Positions 26,206 to 40,329 of a stretch of DNA of 64,000 nucleotides are shown here, one piece after another. Under the pieces are notes generated by a model that was given only the letters and a program-made list of their open reading frames with translations, did no database searches and was not told the DNA's origin. This DNA is from Octopus vulgaris (Eukaryota): contig OX597814.1 in the NCBI GenBank assembly GCA_951406725.2, positions 119,350,001 through 119,414,000 on the forward strand, read 5' to 3'. The translations under genes were made by a program, and so were the position numbers. How positions within the stretch are numbered: the first letter of the stretch is position 1; every line of letters begins with the position of its first letter.

Positions 26206-28082
26206 ACTATATGTTTAAAACCAATTTAATGAAGTTGTGAAAAATTTCTGTTCTATGAAATTCAAACATTCATTTTATACTTCGTCGAGTATGAATGAAC
26301 GCAAAATTATATGTGAGCACAAACAAAAACAAACAATTATACATGTATGTTTCTGTGTATTTTAATATAAGAAGTTTGACCTTATAAGAATAAAACTTTT
26401 GCAATATATATCGTATTTTATCATAGGTCATAAAGAAGTAGATACAGCAATTTAAACGTGTTTATGGAAAGGTCAAAACTAGGGAGAAAAAAAATCAACA
26501 AGATAATATGGCGCCCCCACCAAAAGAAAAAATATATTAAGATAATAAAAAATATTGCTTCAAGGAAATAACTGTGTGGGATGGAACTCATCAAAAAGAA
26601 ATTTCATGTGTATAAGTATCAAACTATCAGTTCGAATTTCGAAGATATATGTAATATAAAAATTACAATCAGGAATGAGAATTCTCTGGTTGACAAGTGA
26701 GTATGGAACATCTCAAAAGCTAACAGAACGCAAGGAACGTAACGTTTGCTAGATTTATCAAACAACATCATTTTATTATTAACTGTGTTCAAAGTAAAGA
26801 AAACTACAGATGGCTTAGGACAAAATAATGTTTGATTTAAACTTAATATATTAAATCTACATGAACAAATCCACTCTTTTCCGAGAAATATATTATATTT
26901 ACTATATGTAGATATAAACAGCATTGAGAATTACCGTATACAAAGGTATAAAGATATATATTATTGTTACAGTTGTTGTTCCTGGTGTTTGGAGAAAAAA
27001 TAAAGGATCTGAAGGGAAAGATTCTAAACAAACAAGAATTTGGTGTAATATTTGCATCGGAAAGTTAAAATAGATTAAAAAATATAAAACCATGTAAAGT
27101 GAGGCAAAGTTGGCTAAGTCTATATTGATAGAAAATTAAAAACAAAAACAAAAACAAACAAAATACCAATCAAAACAATCCAATAAGAGTTTTGTCAAAA
27201 TATCATGTGGCAAATATTGCATAAAGATGACAAAGAAAATTCTAAATAACATATGGGTCCTTATCTAAATTAAATCGTAACTCTCCACTTACATCAGTTT
27301 ATCCACCTACCTATCAGTGTATCTCTCATATCTACACACAGACATACGTATATGCGAATAAGCGTACAAGCATACATACGGATTCACTGCACTACATAGG
27401 AAAGCGGGTATTACATTTATAAAACGCGGCTAAAACAATATAATATATGAATACAACAAATTAGCTTAAAACAATAGATGTACCAATCATGATTACAAAT
27501 AAAAATAACGTAGATGCTAATGTTATATGTATGAATATCTACTGATATTTCTTGTATTTATTTTATATGATTATATCTGACTACATCACTTTTAACCTGT
27601 CGTTTCCATTTATATAATATGTAGCCTTAACTATAGTATAGTATAGCCTTACTCTTAGTATAATGCGATCGCTTGATGAAATTTGAATCAATGTATGTAT
27701 GAGAATATCCACTGTACATGTATATATAATGGTATTTGTACGCAAAACTTTATCGATATGTAAATGTATTTTTCGCTTACTGTATATATAGTCGGTATTT
27801 CTCTACTAAGTGTATAGTAATCGTTATTACAGAGCACGAAATCATTAGATTAGAAATCATTATCTCGCATTCAACCTTGGGTTATAAATAGAGAACAAAT
27901 TTAGAGTGGATTGTAGGAATTTGACATCGGCTTCTAGCGCATAGACGCTGGAGTACTAGCGCCCTTAATTATAATTATATTTTTATAATTATATAGTTTA
28001 AAATTGATTTTACCGATATGGTCAGTTTTTATATGCTAGCCACTGAAATAATTATTTTAATGATTATATCCTCAATTTATAA

Positions 28083-28142
<60 letters not shown>

Positions 28143-28144
<2 letters not shown>

Positions 28145-28393
28145 CAATTAAGGACAACTTCTTAATAAGGAATCTTAAGAAAATATCAGGTAGATAGCGT
28201 GAAAAACCTCATAAGAGAAAAATTTCGAAAATAATTCTTTCTTATTGAACATATTAATTTATTTATAGAGGGCATTATTATACATAGATGCCACACGCTA
28301 AGAGGGACAAAAAGTCATTTCTACCAAAACTTTTTGGTAGAAATGACTTTTTGTCCCTCTTAGCGTGTGGCATCTATGTATAATAATGCCCTC

Positions 28394-28397
<4 letters not shown>
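28143..28397 (-). mobile_element. PLE-type terminal fragment with 66-bp perfect hairpin in (TA)n
   Basis: Arms 28264-28329 / 28332-28397; related diverged copy at 46237-46452. Confidence 0.65.
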
Positions 28398-28426
<29 letters not shown>

Positions 28427-28464
28427 TTATATGCGTGTATGTGTATATATACGCAAATAAGATT

Positions 28465-28626
28465 CTTTTCTACTCTAGGCACAAGGCCCGACATTTTTGG
28501 AGAGTGGGGCCAGTCGATTAGATCGAACCCCAGTACCCAACTGGTACTTAATTTAGCGACCCCGAAAGGATGAAAGGCAAAAGTCGACCTCGGCGGAATT
28601 TGAATTCAGAACGTAAAGAGAGACGC
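28465..28626 (-). mobile_element. SINE family A variant, partial
   Basis: CCCCGAAAGGATGAAAGGC..GTCGACCTCGGCGGAATTTGAA core. Confidence 0.8.
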
Positions 28627-28687
28627 AAATAATAATATAGATTGATTTGATCATTTAAACACAACGATGAACTATTTTTCCCCGTAA

Positions 28688-28878
28688 TTTCTGTCATTTG
28701 ACTGCAGTTGTGCTGGAGCACTGCCTTGAAGGCTTTTAATCGAACAAATCGACCCCAGGACATATTTGTTTTAATGCGTAACACTTACTCTATAGATCTC
28801 CTTTGCCGAAAGCGCTAAGTTACGGGGATATAAGCACACCAGCATCGGTTGTTAAGCGGTAATGGGGAGACACACAGG

Positions 28879-28935
<57 letters not shown>

Positions 28936-29098
28936 GAGGGGTTTCTTTCAGTTTCTGTCAACCAAATCCACTCACATATCTTCGGTCGGCGCGAGGCTAT
29001 AGTAGAAGACATTTGCCTACGGTATCAGGCAGTAAGCCTGAACCTGGAACCATGTGGTAGGGAAACAAGCTTCTTACTACATAGCTACGCCTGCGCCT
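28688..29098 (-). mobile_element. SINE family B copy
   Basis: Similar to 25806-26205. Confidence 0.8.
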
Positions 29099-29227
29099 AT
29101 TTATGAAATTCATATAAATACTTTCTGTTAGAACTTGTGTGTGTGAGTATGTCTACGTGAAAACGTGTAAGCACTTTTCTGAAAATATTCATATGATATG
29201 TATGTGTGTGTATTTGGGAGACATTAA

Positions 29228-29439
29228 TTTATTTACTGCTCACAAGGGGCTATACACAGAGTGGAGAAACAAGGACAGACAAACGGATTAAGTCGATTAC
29301 ATCAACCTCAGTGAGTAACTGGTATTTATTTAATCGACCCCGAAAGGATGAAAGGCAAAGTCTGCCTCGGTGGAATTTGAACTCAGAAATCCGCTAAGCA
29401 TTTCGCCCGGCGTGCTAACGTTTCTGCCAGCTCGCCGCC
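29228..29439 (-). mobile_element. SINE family A copy with short internal deletion
   Basis: Similar to 23728-23956. Confidence 0.8.
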
Positions 29440-30066
29440 TTCACATTATCAATGCTTTTAGAATTATATTTCTCACCTGAATCAGCCGTGCGTCAAATTC
29501 CAACAGTTTGGGGCGCTTCGGTATGCACCTAAGTAACTCTACTAAATCTTAAACAAGTACGTTGTCTTTAACAAAACTGGCTTCTCATCTCGATATTTAA
29601 AGATATCCTTTTATTATCTTATATTTTCTCCGTACTTTGCATTCTATTTATTGGTTGGCTTATTTATTCCTTTATCTATCATATTATCGATGTTTTTTTT
29701 CCTTTATTATGTTTATTATTACAATTGTTATTATATGGTTTCTGGAGAGTTAGCCAAATCTTTAGAAATCAAAACTTTATGATAAACTTATTTTTTGGTT
29801 CATCTTTATTTTTAGATTCTATTGTGTTTTCTGAATTCGTATTTACTTATTGTCATCGCTTCATTACTCCGCTCCATATATGGTAATTCTAGTATTTGTT
29901 CAGAGTGAAATCTGCCGATACATTCATTTTCTGAGACTATATAATATCATTTGCTGCTTATAGAGTTGTCTGATGTTTTATTCGGCCATGAAATGTTCTT
30001 AAGTGTGGTCTGTTCGTTACATTACAGCACAAAAACATTTATAGGTGAGTGTATGTATATATATAC

Positions 30067-30152
<86 letters not shown>

Positions 30153-30988
30153 GCGTGCGTGTGTGAGTGTATGTGCATATATCATGTGTGTGTGTGTATA
30201 TATATACGCACACACATAGAAACACACACAGAGAAATATAACAGATAAAGTAGCGTTGCTTATGTACTTAACTCTGATTACGGAACAGTTGTCAACTAAT
30301 GGAATAATCATCTATTCTCTCACTTCAGTTCTTTTATCTGGTCAAGTTTTGTACACACACACGTGTGTGCAAATTATATAATCAATATATCTAAGAATTT
30401 TATAATAAAAATATAAGTTAAAATCATATAATACAATTTATGAATTACCGTTATGAAATTATTTATTAATAAACCGTTATCACACACATATATATCAAGG
30501 TTAAATCAATGATACCTTTAAAAGCACCCATTAAGATTCATTGGAAATTTAAATAATTAGAATTCTAATAATAAATACTGTATGATATATCTTCCTTATA
30601 TATTCATATTAGATTGTCAAAATATCTACCTAAATATTTTATTGTGAAATCAATAAGTATAATTTGAAAACAAAAACCGTTATCAACCTTGATAAGATTC
30701 CAATCTCAGCTAATGAAAAAATATTGAAATTGGTTGGTGCCTTTAAGAAAACAAAGGAGAAGTAGAGTGAAGAAAACCAGCACTAATGCAGTAGTTGCAG
30801 AATTACACTACAAACTTTATACACACACAAACACACACACACATATATATATATATACATATAGATATATAGACATACATATAGATATATAGACATATAT
30901 ATCTGTATATAGACATATATATATATATATGTATATATACATATGTATATACATATAGATATATATGTATATATAGACATACACACGC

Positions 30989-31032
<44 letters not shown>

Positions 31033-31049
31033 CTATAAATATGTGTGTG

Positions 31050-31100
<51 letters not shown>

Positions 31101-31130
31101 CTATATAAATATGTGTGTGTGTATGTATGT

Positions 31131-31600
31131 ACGGCTTAGTGGTTAGGGCATTCGGCTCACGATTGTAAGGTCGTTTCTCGGGACCGCGTTTTGCGCTTGA
31201 GCAAGACACTTTCTTTCACGCTGCTCCAGTCCACTCAGCTGAGAAACATGCGAAGTACGTGTATTTCAAAGCACCAGTCTTGTCACACTCGGTGTCACGC
31301 TGGCTTGAGAGTGGAACTACTAGGCAAAAATTTAACAAAAAGCTCTTGGTATAAATATGTATGTCTTTTTGTCTTTGTGTATTTATTTGTGCTAAACCAC
31401 CGCTTGACAACAGGCGTTGGTATGTTTATTTTTCCGCAACCTAGCAGTTCGACAAAATGGAATGAACAGCAGGCTATAAAACGGTATGTATATATATATA
31501 TATATATATATACATATATGGGGTTGATTCATTCTACTGAAAATTATTCAAGCAGTGCCGTAGCATATCTGCAGTCTGATCTGAAACAAGTAAAAGAAAC
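31131..31600 (+). mobile_element. tRNA-headed SINE related to family B (different 5' part, same tail)
   Basis: GGCTTAGTGGTTAGGG A-box, CTTGAGCAAGACACTT core-like motif and a family B-like 3' half. Confidence 0.7.
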
Positions 31601-31987
31601 GTAATGTAATGCAAATGCAGACAATAAAAATAAATAAATGCGCCCTTTTAAAGCCTACCCATAAAGCCCGGATCTAGCGCCCTTCAGCTTCTACATTTAA
31701 CATTTTTCTAATGAAGAACAATCTTCGTAGACAAAGATATGATTATGGGTAAAACATGCGTATGGGGTATATTTCAAAGAGGATTCGAGACAGGAGTTCA
31801 CCAATAACGCAAATGCATGAAGGCTGTGTTGTTCCACGACTGTATAGAAGAGAAGCTGATCAACCAACTTGCGATTTGAACGACTTATATGAGTTACGAC
31901 GAAAGTCTTGGTCTTTTTGTACAATTTGCGGTGTAAGCTGTATGTATGTGTGAATGCACACACATATATACATAATTATTTGCTTAA

Positions 31988-32862
<875 letters not shown>

Positions 32863-33273
32863 AAAATCATCGTCATCATGTGATTCTATTTTTTTCCTTC
32901 TAAATACAGTTTGATATTTATCTGGAAAGAATTTTCTTTTGATTAGTTTCCTTCCACATTGTTGTTTCCTTGAAGCAATATTTTAAAAAGAAAATTTTTG
33001 TTTTATTATTTTTATTAAACATAGTTCTATTTTCTTCTTTTCTTGATATATCCTGCTGTTCACGTTTCTTATAGTGTTGACCTTTATATAAATGTGGTTA
33101 ATTTTTAATATCTACTGGTTTCTGACTTATGAGGAGATATGATATATAGTTCAATATTTATATTTTTATAAGGTGATGCTGTTCAAATACTACATAAAAA
33201 TGTATATGTTTAATGCCATACACATAGGTGTTTGTTTGTTTGTTTGTTTGTTCATGTACATATATATCTATAT

Positions 33274-33312
<39 letters not shown>

Positions 33313-36094
33313 AAAATATAAAATACAGAGATGTATATACGGAAGCATATATGTATATATACGTATGAATTTCTGGAAATTAACGGATACCTATCCTTAT
33401 ATCCAGTTTTCTTTTGGAAACCAAGTTGAATAAAAGGAAGAGCTGTTCTGATAGCTGCTTCCTGAATTTATTGCACTGCAGTCGTGGTACAACCGCCGCT
33501 ATCGAAGACCATCTGTACAGAAGGGCTAAATATACAGTAGGCCTGGTCCACTCACATCCTTATCTATAGACAAGTATCCAAGATTTTGTTCACCGACTCC
33601 AGATACATATGCGCGCTGGTAAACTGTCCAGTAGCAGTAGACGCGCGTAAAGTCTTTCATTGTACATCAGAGATTTGTATACCAAGCACAATAGATGATA
33701 CATTAGCAGCACGATTGGGACAATATACATCTGAGTCAAAGAATGTACCTCATACATATATCTTTCAAAAACAAAAATGAGTTTTGAAAGTGTAGGAATA
33801 TGAACAGGGAGATCGAAGTTATCATTAAAGGTACAGTTCTTAATGTTAATCTGTGGATAAAAGAATTCATTTTGATAATAAAATAGGAGGTCTATATATT
33901 TAGAATTGAACGAATGTTTCAGGCTTTTATTAATAATCAATCCTTATAGTCACCATACATTGAAGCCCTCGATCCAATTCCCTCGCATATATAACATCCA
34001 TCTCTGACACTTACAGCCCTTGTAATTACATTTATTATCGCAAAATTTGGGAATTCGTACTAATTCTAATCACGTCAAGTAATCACGCATTTTCTCTCGC
34101 CTTTTCTAGTTATCGCGCTCTCTTCCTCATACTCTCAAATGCTCTTTAAAGACTTTGTAAAGAGTTTCTCATCAGCAATATCAAAACTAATTAAATATTT
34201 CTGGGAAAAATTTCGATAATGTTGTTCTGAGTGAGATGAAAGGACCCTAAAACATTTTGATGTCTATGAGGTAATTTGTGGTAAAAATTCCATATTTTTA
34301 TGTGGTATATTTGAGATCTATTCTTCCAGTTTGTTTAATTTACATGAATGTGCCTAGACACTACATTGTCAACAATCTTGTTCCAATAACACTCAGCTAA
34401 CATTCGGCCGGGCATCGAAAATTTATCGATCGTTTTTGCAATATAATGTACTCAAACACATAGAGGATGTTTAAAATAGTATTTTCACACTTTAGTGCAA
34501 CAACATTAAAAATTAAACAACATTCCTATCACTCTCGCACATAGTGTCATCCTGACTCATTTTCTTCCTTCAATATTTCTTTTTGGAGCTAAAGAAACAG
34601 TGATTCTGTCATCATTTTGTCTGCTAACCATTGTTGTCAAAGCTTATTGGCTTCAATGATATCATTGATAAAACGCGAAAGATAATGTAATACGATTTAC
34701 ACGCAGATGAGGACAATTGGAGCAAATTTCATTATAGGTCTGCTGGATCAGAGCTAATAGCCAGATATGTGCTGAGAAAATACTTTTCTGTCAAATACGG
34801 CTTTGAAGCATAAATTCTATTTCTTCGTAGGATTTGTTGATATTCTGAAAGCTTTTTATTCCAAATATATCTTATGTCGGAAATCGTTCGATTCCTACAC
34901 GGATACTTAATTGATAAGTGTACACTCAGAGAAAGCAGTTGAACTCATGGTTAGGATGTTCGAGTCGCTCACATAATATCGTGGTATCAGTTCCTAAACT
35001 GAGTGGCACATTGTGTCGTGAGAAAGACACTTCATTTCACATTGTTCCAATCTATAATGCAGTAATATATACCAGCCCAATGCAGGTGCAACACTCTCTC
35101 TCTTTCTTTGTCTGTCTATCTGTGCATCTCACTCTTTTTCACTCTCTCTCTCTCTCCAGCTGTCAAATCTTGGATGTTCCATTGGGTCATGAATGTGGAA
35201 AGGAGATAAAGTACATCTGTGATTCGCGACCACCTCTGCACTTGAAACATTTAGCGGATATATGGAATATGTTATCAAGCCATACTTCTTCACAAGTGAC
35301 GGCAGGCTGTACAGTACTAAGTGTCGAATTATGAAAAAGATTCAAATATTCGTTAATTCATTACACGGTTAAATTTCCAAGGAATACTAGTATATGCGCA
35401 AACCGATGATCATAAATCATTGAATATACATAAAAGACATTAAGAGAACTCACACAGCTAAACATACATCAAGATTCATGTATTTAATTAGCAAACGCCA
35501 CTCGAAATGTTTATAACGACTGCAAATTTTGGTATCAAATTAAGCGTACATAATTCAATTCTAATCATATATAAGTTATGCTACAGCGCAATTAACAAGA
35601 CGAATCTTCAAAGACAGCAATTGAAAATCACACGATATAATGGAGAACCAATATACAAAATGTAATAATTGAAAAATTACCAGATTATAGTTTAGACATT
35701 TATCAAGCATTTTATTGATTATAATATTTTATTCATGGCATGTGTTGGATTTCATCCGTAAGATATATAGTTAGGATATGTCTATGAAATTATATAAGTT
35801 TAAAATTATTGAAGTTATTCGGTTGCTTTTGGGACACATACAAACAGACGTTTATTTCGTAGCATTTGTTTGTTTACCATTGTATTTATAGACAGATGTA
35901 TGTCTCCTGCAGCCAGATCTCATGTAGTGTAGACATATTTGCATTTTGTCATGTAGATGTAAATGTTATTGTTAAAGTTTGTGTGTATATTATATATATA
36001 TATATAAATATAAATGGGAAATAGCAGAACAACAAGGCACCAATTTTCGCTGGAAAACAATACTATTGTGTGTGTGTGTGTGTATATATATAAA

Positions 36095-36137
<43 letters not shown>

Positions 36138-36198
36138 CACCAGATGGAGTACACTTATTGTTAATTTTACTATCACTGATCAATACATAATATATATT

Positions 36199-36548
36199 TT
36201 ACTCTTTTGCAGTCATTTGACAGCAACCATGCTGGAACACCGCCTTTAGTTGAAAAAGTCGACTCAAAGACTTATTCTTTGTAAGCTTAGTATTTATTTT
36301 ATCGATCTCTTTTGCCGAACCGCCTAGTTTTGGGGACATCAACACACCAACGTCATTTGACACCCCTGTCGTTTGACAACCGATGTTGGTGTGTTTGCAT
36401 CCCCGTTGCTTAGTCGTTCGGCTAAAGAAACCGCTTCAATAAGTACTAGGCTTAAAAAGAATAAATTCTGGAGTTGATTTCTTCGACTAAAAGCCTTTAA
36501 GGCAGTGCTCCAGCATGGCTGCAATCAAAACATGTAAAAGAATAAAAG
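36199..36548. mobile_element. Two head-less family B SINE tails in inverted orientation
   Basis: 36199-36352 (-) and 36370-36548 (+). Confidence 0.7.
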
Positions 36549-37414
36549 GATACACTTTAATTGTTCGACTTCACTTCTTTCTAATCTTCATACCCACTTA
36601 TATTTCCATCTGATTTTCTCTCCTTCATTCTCATCTTTCTTTTCTCTTTGTCATTCTCGTTCCTTTGATGTTACCACTTGTACATAAATTCCGCTCACTT
36701 AAGACTTCTAGTGGATATCATTGTCTTTATTGCTTCCCACTTTTGAATACATTCATCCCCGCTAAAATTACCTAAAACGCTCGTCAACATATCGCCTAAG
36801 CAGTTGGCATTGGTGTCACAATCAATTTAACCTAAAAGTACATATGCCTGCCTATCTTTTCAACCACTTTACTCTCTACATTTTTCTAGGTATATCAGTT
36901 TTATTACTTTCTCGTTATGACACTATAAACCTCTCCCACTGATCGTATTTAGAACGCTAAAAATTCATGGAGAACTTTTTTCTATTTTATTTTCATTTCT
37001 TTTGGAGAGCGTAGGCTCGAAACGTAATAGAATTTCTAAGTTTCATTTTCCCGAGAGTGAAATTAATATACTTGCTTGTTGTTCATACACCTGTCTTCAT
37101 CTTTTGTTTTTGAAAAGATTTCACCTATATAATATAAAGGTGACTTATTCACAAGTAACAACCGAAAGGCAGAACTGTAGATGTCGCTAAATTGACTCTG
37201 TATATTAGTTAGCACCAGCATTGCAATAAATATGAGTCAAACCAACTCATAGCTACGAAAAGTACTTAGCATATGACAGACAAGAGAGGCAATCTCCCTA
37301 CAGCATCCGGGGCATAGCTTCCCTCCCTTGTGAGTCATAAGATAAGTGCTTTCTCGTGGCTTAGTTGTTTTGACTTTTATTTCTAGCAATGCTCGTGCTA
37401 ACTAGTCTACACAC

Positions 37415-37452
<38 letters not shown>

Positions 37453-37496
37453 ACACATATATATGTATACGGGTGTGTGTGATTGTGTATAGAAGA

Positions 37497-37879
37497 ATAT
37501 ATAAATAAAAAGAATTCCAACCTTGTCTGATTTTCACGTTTTATTTACAATCTTATATAAGATAATATAATATAATAAAATAAAATAAAATAATAGAATG
37601 TTAAATGTTCATTCTGATTGAACTAGTACTTTCATGCATTAAATTCTGCAATCTTCAGGTTCGTGACAGTCAAAAATTGTGAAGCATGACTGTCACCACT
37701 ACTACACGAACCTGAAGATTGCAGAATTTAATGCATGAAAGTACTAGTTCAATCAGAATGAACATTTAACATTCTATTATTTTATTTTATTTTATTATAT
37801 TATATTATCATATATCATTATAAGATTGTAAATAAAACGTGAAAATCAGACAAGGTTGGAATTCCTTTTATTTATATAT
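37497..37879. mobile_element. ~170-bp-arm hairpin insertion carrying a minimal HHR in each arm
   Basis: Arms 37497-37665 / 37705-37879; nested hairpin GTGACAGTCA/TGACTGTCAC in the spacer. Confidence 0.8.
37708..37750 (+). ncRNA. Minimal type I hammerhead ribozyme
   Basis: GAAC-CTGAAGA-T.TGCA(GAATTTAA)TGCA.T-GAA-AGTACT-A^GTTC; mirror copy at 37620-37662 (-). Confidence 0.75.
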
Positions 37880-38457
37880 ATATATATATATATGTTCATA
37901 TACACACATGTATGTGTGCGTGTGTTAGATACTGTTTTTTTTTAAACTGAAATAATTACTTTGCCGAAAGGCCTTCCAGTCGTTGAAACTATTTTCAAAT
38001 GAGTAAAATGCACTTGTTATTCGGAGAGGTGTCAAAAGTTTCGTCGCACATCTGCGATCATATCACTGTCATAATTCCATTCCAACACGTTAAAATGTAT
38101 CTAATGTTGTGTCGCCATAGGCATCAGAGATTTTCTGAGTTATATTTTATTTATTTTTTCTTATTATTTTTGTAACATGTATTGAAGTTGATTGTCTTTG
38201 TCTGATACTCTTATCCACTTGTCATCATTAATTACTTCCAAGTTCTTTTCTTTCGTCTATTTATATCAGTATTTCAGCTTCATTTTCCCTCTTTTCTATT
38301 GCATCTTCTTTCACTGGAAGTAAGCTTTCAAACACAAAACAAATTTGCATTAATTTCACCAAAAGAGTAGTGCATTTCTTTTATTTAACACTTCGCAGTT
38401 ATAGAGTAATTTATTATATACCAAATGAGACAGTTATTATTTCAGCTGACACACTGA

Positions 38458-38777
38458 TTGCTTCTCAGTAGCTAGCGGTGCTTCATACGGTGTTTCATTA
38501 GTTTTCAGTAGTTTATATAGCACGACATTGGCTACCAGTAGCTTATAAGTTTTATCCTTGGTTACCGGTTTATTATATCGCTTCGTCTGAGTCAATAATT
38601 ATTGTCAATGGCTACCAGTGGCTCATATGGTGGGTCATCAGCTGCTACTAGTTTATACAGTGTGATATTGTCTACCATTAAATTAAATGATTTGTCTTTG
38701 GCTAGCAGCCTATTATATGCTTTATCACTGGCTTTCAATAGGTTATAAGGCCACTCATCGTCTACTAGTAAAGTGTA
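38458..38777 (-). repeat. Diverged 30-bp minisatellite (~10 units) with a stop-free 10-aa reading on the minus strand
   Basis: Units read YTLLVDDEWP YNLLKASDKA YNRLLAKDKS FNLMVDNITL YKLVAADDPP YEPLVAIDNN, then a frame break, then YNKPVTKDKT YKLLVANVVL YKLLKTNETP YEAPLATEKQ. Confidence 0.75.
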
Positions 38778-39696
38778 TGTGAATGATTATTACTTAGTAT
38801 ATATAAACTTGGCTTTCTTCAACTAAATATCTGATCAATTTTCAAATCATATATTTGGCTTTGATTGTGCTAAACCCGAATATCTATTTACTTTCATTGT
38901 CTGGTTAAAAGAAATTTATTAACCTCTGAAACACATAATTTCTTACTTAGGTCTATTTTGTATTCGTTGACAATTCCAATTTTCTCTGCAATACAGTAAG
39001 TAATTAATTTCTTTAATAATGTAAAATTACATAGAAATATGAACACAAAACAATCTTCGCTGGTGGAAATCCAGCACTTAGTAGAATAATACTTTCGGCA
39101 ATGAGGAATATATTAGATAATTATTAGGTCTAATTGTAGAATTAACAAAAGTCGAATCAATCAGCGTTTTTTTAATTGAAATTTTCAGGTTGACTAGACT
39201 TATAAGATGGACGCACTTAATATTGCCCTTTATGTGTGTCTATAGGCAGCGATGTGGCGATAAAGTATCACTTGATAGCTTTGTGTTATATTCAGTGTGT
39301 AAACTGTTGTGTAGTATAATTAGAACATAATTCGAAACCATTAAGCATTATATGCTTCAAGTATATTCTAACACGATTGACTTAGCATAGTTTAATGCGC
39401 TGATTACTTTGTTATTAACGTTGTAAAAAATATTTTTTAACGCGACTTTTACAAGGAGTTAAATTTAGCCCCTCAGCAAGGGAAAAGGGAGCAAAATTTG
39501 TTTGTATTTCTTATTTGTAGAGAATGCAGATATGAACGGCCAACGTAATGAGACCATGAAGAAAAAAAACTGTACAACATACGTAAGTTATCATCCTATA
39601 TCATCTTGTGTTATGCCTGTAAGCTAACATTTAAGCCAATTAGTTTTGCTTTAGAAAAATATGGTATTTTTGATGCTGGTTGTGACTGAAAAGCAT

Positions 39697-39907
39697 ATTG
39701 GTTTCAAAGTTTGGCACAAGTCCAGCAATTTCGGGGGATTCAGGGAAGGGGATTACATGGACCCCAGTGCCTAGCTGGTCCGAAAGGATGAGAAGCAAAG
39801 TCGACCTCGACGGAATTTGAACACACGACGTAAAGACAGAGGGAATACCGCTAAATATTTTGCTGCCCAGTGTAGTAACACCTAGCGATTCTGCCATCTC
39901 CACACCT
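39697..39907 (-). mobile_element. SINE family A variant, diverged
   Basis: CCGAAAGGATGAGAAGCAAAGTCGACCTCGACGGAATTTGAAC core. Confidence 0.75.
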
Positions 39908-39941
39908 TCAGAACAATAAGAAAATAAAATTTATATGGTGT

Positions 39942-40329
39942 GTATACACCTAGATCAGCTCTCAGCATTTGTCAACAAGCAAGCTATATTCTCCGTGAGA
40001 AAACGCAGTTTGTAGCTTGTTTCTCTGTTCGAATGTGCATCAAGCGTATTCAGATTGATAATAACATACCACTTTTACTTATCGCTGCTTAGCGCTCTCC
40101 CTCCTTAATTTATTTACGGTGAGCCGCAATATAGAGCTACCAGCATAAGGGAGGTAATCTCTGAATTCAGGTCACAGTGCCGTCTGCTTAGTGTCTGTGA
40201 CCGATGACGATATAACTATTCCGAAATGTTAACATCTCACATTTTATGGAGGTGGCATTGAGAGCTGATCTGGGTGTATACTTACCATTTGTCAACAAGC
40301 GAGATATACACTCCGTGACAAAACGCAGT
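39942..40329 (+). mobile_element. Retrozyme-like element (320-nt monomer) with U4C hammerhead-like motif
   Basis: Direct repeat 39966-40009 / 40286-40329; inverted 5' piece 39942-39963 vs 40259-40281; TGTGA-CCGATGA..GAA-ATGTTAACAT-C^TCACA at 40196-40241. Confidence 0.7.

Noticed and set aside
33430-33780. Higher-GC, coding-looking stretch (possible exon or RTE remnant)
   Set aside because: No sustained frame, splice signals or motif that I could confirm.
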